This document shows, piece after piece, positions 51,412 through 55,058 of a stretch of DNA of 55,058 nt. Source of the stretch: Azolla caroliniana (lineage: Eukaryota > Plantae > Polypodiophyta); the NCBI GenBank assembly GCA_043228905.1, contig JBHGNT010000197.1, positions 1 through 55,058 on the forward strand. Reading direction: 5' to 3'. A program made the position numbers and the translations under genes. Numbering within the stretch: the first letter of the stretch is position 1; each line of letters opens with the position of its first letter. The notes beneath the pieces are model-generated. The model had not been told where the DNA came from. It saw only the letters and a list, made by a program, of their open reading frames with translations, and searched no databases.

Positions 51412-54400
51412 TTATATTCCGCATCCAGAAAACAGTCTGAGGACACCAACAGGACTGTGCAAATCAGTTAGAAAGGTTTGCTTCTCTTCTAAGCAATGCA
51501 AAAAGATGGATTCCCTAGCTGCTCCCACCATCCCACTTTGAGTTGCATACTCCAATGCCATTTCTATGTCCATCTGGAACCATAAAAAGTGCTTTCAAGC
51601 TATTAGTATGTATACGAACCATTTTAGCTTATTAACCTTCATCTCTGACCATGCATGCACAGGTAATTTTGAAAGTAACTTGAAATCTAGACAATTCTAC
51701 AAAGATAAAAAAAGTCGAAAGAAATAGGTGTACCTGATCCACATGTTGACTCAACTTCTGTTTAATTAAACCTTCTGTGACATCACGCGAAGCAACCTTC
51801 TCAAGGAGCTCCTTATCTTCTTCGTCATATTTCTGTCTCTTGGACTTGTGATGCTCTGACATTGTCAGCAAAGTATCATATATAGCCCGAGAAACACCAG
51901 GAATGTACCTGTTATAATACAAATATTAACCATATCAGAACTTGCTCGCATGAAACCTAACAAAAAATACAGATTCAATCATGTACTTCACTAAAGCCTT
52001 CTTTCTCTCTTGCTTGTCCCATGCAGCTTGTTGTCTTGTAATTTTTGCTTTCAATTGGTTGCAGCACTGCTGAATGGCCATCTGCAATAGATGAAAGAAA
52101 CATATTATGAAAAGTTCATAGAATAGCTAGGACGCCTTAGATCTTCAAATTTAATTTGTGAGACAGCTAAGATTTCAGCTTTTTAACCTTCACAGCAGAA
52201 GCGATTTCTTCCACATCATCTCCAATGTATTCTTTACCAGTTCCTTTGAAAGGTATCTTTGTACTTACAATGCTTACAAAAACTCCAACCTTATCCTGGT
52301 TCTCTTTGATCTTATAATTGCTCCAGCTGCGACATTATTTTCAAGTAGTGATTGCATGCCCAATAAAAGATCTACCAACAACACAAGCTTTTGCACTTAA
52401 TCACTCCAATAATCTAGGAGACATACTTTATGCGCTTCATTGCTGTCCGTGTTACAACATCACCTCCCTGCTCAAACAGCAAAGGTATCCTATTTGCAAA
52501 TCTAAATATATTCAGGCCCTGTATGAAACATTACTGACAGTAAACAACTGTTACGTAAGGTTTTTTTATCAAACAACATATTTATTACCGGTTTCACATC
52601 CCTGCCTCCTATACTAACACCAGCTTCAACAATAAATGGATGTCCTTCAAATACCTGCGGACTGATGGATATGCAAGAAATAAGGCAACAGGAATGACGT
52701 AAGAAAAAAATGCATTTCTGATTCTAAAAGCATCCTAAGAAGAGAACACGGTCCTGAGAATAAATATGAGCTATCGTTGAGAGATCTTGAGATTTTTACC
52801 TGCCTTGATGAGTAGCAACCATATCTGGATGCAACTCCTTTAATATACCAAGTCTCAGGTTATATTCCCCTGCTGGGCTGAGGCACTGACAAGCAACATT
52901 CATTTAGTAATGCATCTTGATTGTGAACTTCTTTACAGATTGCAATATATCATGATTGGCATCTTCAGTATAAGATCTACATATACAATAACTTATAAAG
53001 ATGTAGATGGACATTTCCCCAAGATAAAAAGAACCCCTCAAAAGTAGAAAGGGAATGCAAAAAATAGAAATATGAAGACAAGCTAAAAAGTGCAAGATCA
53101 TCAATTTTATCATGCACATCTGATGCAAGTAAAATTGATAAATCAAGGAGATACAATGAGATGATTACAAAATGGCCGTGAAGAAAAATTTCCCTTTATG
53201 GGGGACAGTGTAATCTACTATACCTCTCCACTTGGTTCATCAAATTTTGCTTGTCGAAAGAGTTGATGGATACGAACAATTTGCTGGCCTGTCAAGGATT
53301 TCACAGGCATCTTTGGTGAAAAGTCAGGACCCATCTCTCCTGGAAAAATATATGACAGCTAGTAAATGAAAATGACGTGTATGGGCATCCACTTCACTTC
53401 CCGATTCTCTTGATTCCATCATACCGATAAGGCGTTCAGCATATGCCTTGCCAATGTTAGTAAATTCATGCTGAAGAAACTGGATGAGGTTCAATTTTGT
53501 TGTTTCAGTGATTAGGCGTTTTATAAGAAGGAGATCAACCGCAGATGGGTGAAACTTGGTCTCCACCGGTGCAGGAGGCATAACATCTGTCCGTCGTGTA
53601 AACCGAATGGTCATATTTTTGCTGTCCATAAGCATATCGACAATCAGAATTCTAAAAAATGTTAGCACCAATACAACAATTAACGGGAATATTTTCAAAC
53701 AGGTTAGCACGATATCTGCAGCCCCTGTCACCAAACAAAGATAAACAAAATAATCTGTAAATACTATTAAAAAAACAATCCTTACTCTGATGTTTCTGTG
53801 ATGTATCTGAAAAGGAACTCAGCATAGGGTGTAATCACTGCCATTTGGCGCATATAGTTGATAATTTTAGACTAAGAATACATGCAGAAAAAGAAGAAGC
53901 ATCAGTCATATTTAGCCAGATGAGTATGAGAAAAAGGCCACAGAGAAGAGTGGAACAAAGAACTACACGATAAGTTGTCCAGTTTCCCTCGATAGTAACT
54001 GAAAGTTCTGCACCATGCCATTTTGATGTATTCTCTTTCTTCTCATGTAAGTGTATATGTGGGATGTTCCTGATGCAATTAGAAAACTTTCTCAGAGAAA
54101 TATGAGGCTAAGTACATTCAGTCACACCAAAAGATATCTCAAAATTTAAACCTATAAATGTCTACATGCCAGCATAATTATATGCATTCAATCATGAAAC
54201 ATACTTGTGAATATCTATATCCAGGATGCAGTGAGAGACAAAATTCTGCCCCTTCATTGAAGCTATTACATCAATAGGTAATCCTGTACTCATTTTTGCC
54301 CAAATCAATGCCTGCAAAATAGAATTTTGGATCTACTCAGCAAAGGAGTGAATATACTGGTAAAACTACAGTAAGTGTGGTGGGTAACAACATGAAAATG

Positions 54401-54505
54401 GCTAAAATCAAGATTGGTTTACGTTCGAGTCTATTATTACCATCTTAGCTCCTAATCCAAATTTCCCTCGTGTCTGCCTGAGGCCATACTTTGTACCAGA
54501 GAGAA
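51412..54505 (-). CDS. TOP6B: DNA topoisomerase VI subunit B, 3' part (multi-exon); the 5' exons lie beyond the window
   Basis: Successive exons read LSGTKYGLRQTRGKFGLGAKM, ALIWAKMSTGLPI, WHGAELSVTIEGNWTTYR, YMRQMAVITPYA, ETKFHPSAVDLLLIKRLI, CLSPAGEYNLRLGI, FEGHPFIVEAGVSIGG, IFRFANRIPLLFEQGGDV and VFVSIVSTKIPFKGTGKEYIGDD. The last exon (51573-51412) ends in TAA. Confidence 0.93.
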
Positions 54506-55058
54506 CTGCATCCCATCACAAGAGCACAAGAAATTCTTACATATAGATCATTGTGACATTCTGAAACCCTTTTTCTACGAAATGGCAATGAAATCTATTC
54601 AACGGACAATTTATCTTCAAAAAGAAGCGCAAAATATTTATCAATAGAAATAACAATATGACATGCACAGGACATTGGCATGCTTATTTGTAAGTAAACG
54701 ACAATGGAGGCCAAACATTTTGCATTGTGGAGATGCATTGCTAGTACATTTCCCAATGCACAAGGATATGGATGGAAGTCAGCATGTCGCTCTTAAACAA
54801 AGGATACCAATATGCACTAGAGGCATTGGAGGAATGCTTGTACTGTACAAAAAGGATCTCCATGACAGTGCATGTTGTCCATAAGGAAGCAGAAGTGTGT
54901 TATACGTAAACAAAAATCAACAGAGATCTTAGAGAGCTATACATTGCGATTGCTACTTTCCACCTTTATATTCGAGCGAGGTTTGCACCTCTTAAAGAAT
55001 CACCATATTTACCATGATCCAATGATATGATGAGATTTCTAGGGGATATAATACTATT

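Overview
Land-plant genomic DNA with spliceosomal introns. It holds four host genes: the 3' part of an MS1/MMD1-type PHD-finger gene, a complete DIS3L2/SOV-type exoribonuclease, a complete AIM24-family gene and the 3' part of topoisomerase VI subunit B. Between the first two lies a ~21 kb nest of transposable elements. An old, decayed Copia was split by a younger Copia (6834-22103, TSD AAGAG) and is followed ~215 bp later by a non-autonomous LTR element (22323-25748, TSD AAAAG). The most striking object sits in the leader of the younger Copia: a ~9.3 kb terminal-inverted-repeat DNA transposon (about 12340-21628) with two intact, divergent genes. One encodes a 926-aa DDD-type (Sola1/DUF7869-like) transposase with a C-terminal BAH/Tudor-like segment. 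The other is a 6-exon gene for a ~974-aa protein fusing a ParB/Srx-like domain to a prokaryotic-type beta-class amino (N6-A/N4-C) DNA methyltransferase. Its first intron carries eleven 25-bp palindromes, nine at an exact 51-bp period, whose spacers flip orientation. Exon structures were assembled by eye from GT-AG sites and frame continuity. Family assignments rest on motif recognition only; no database search was run.
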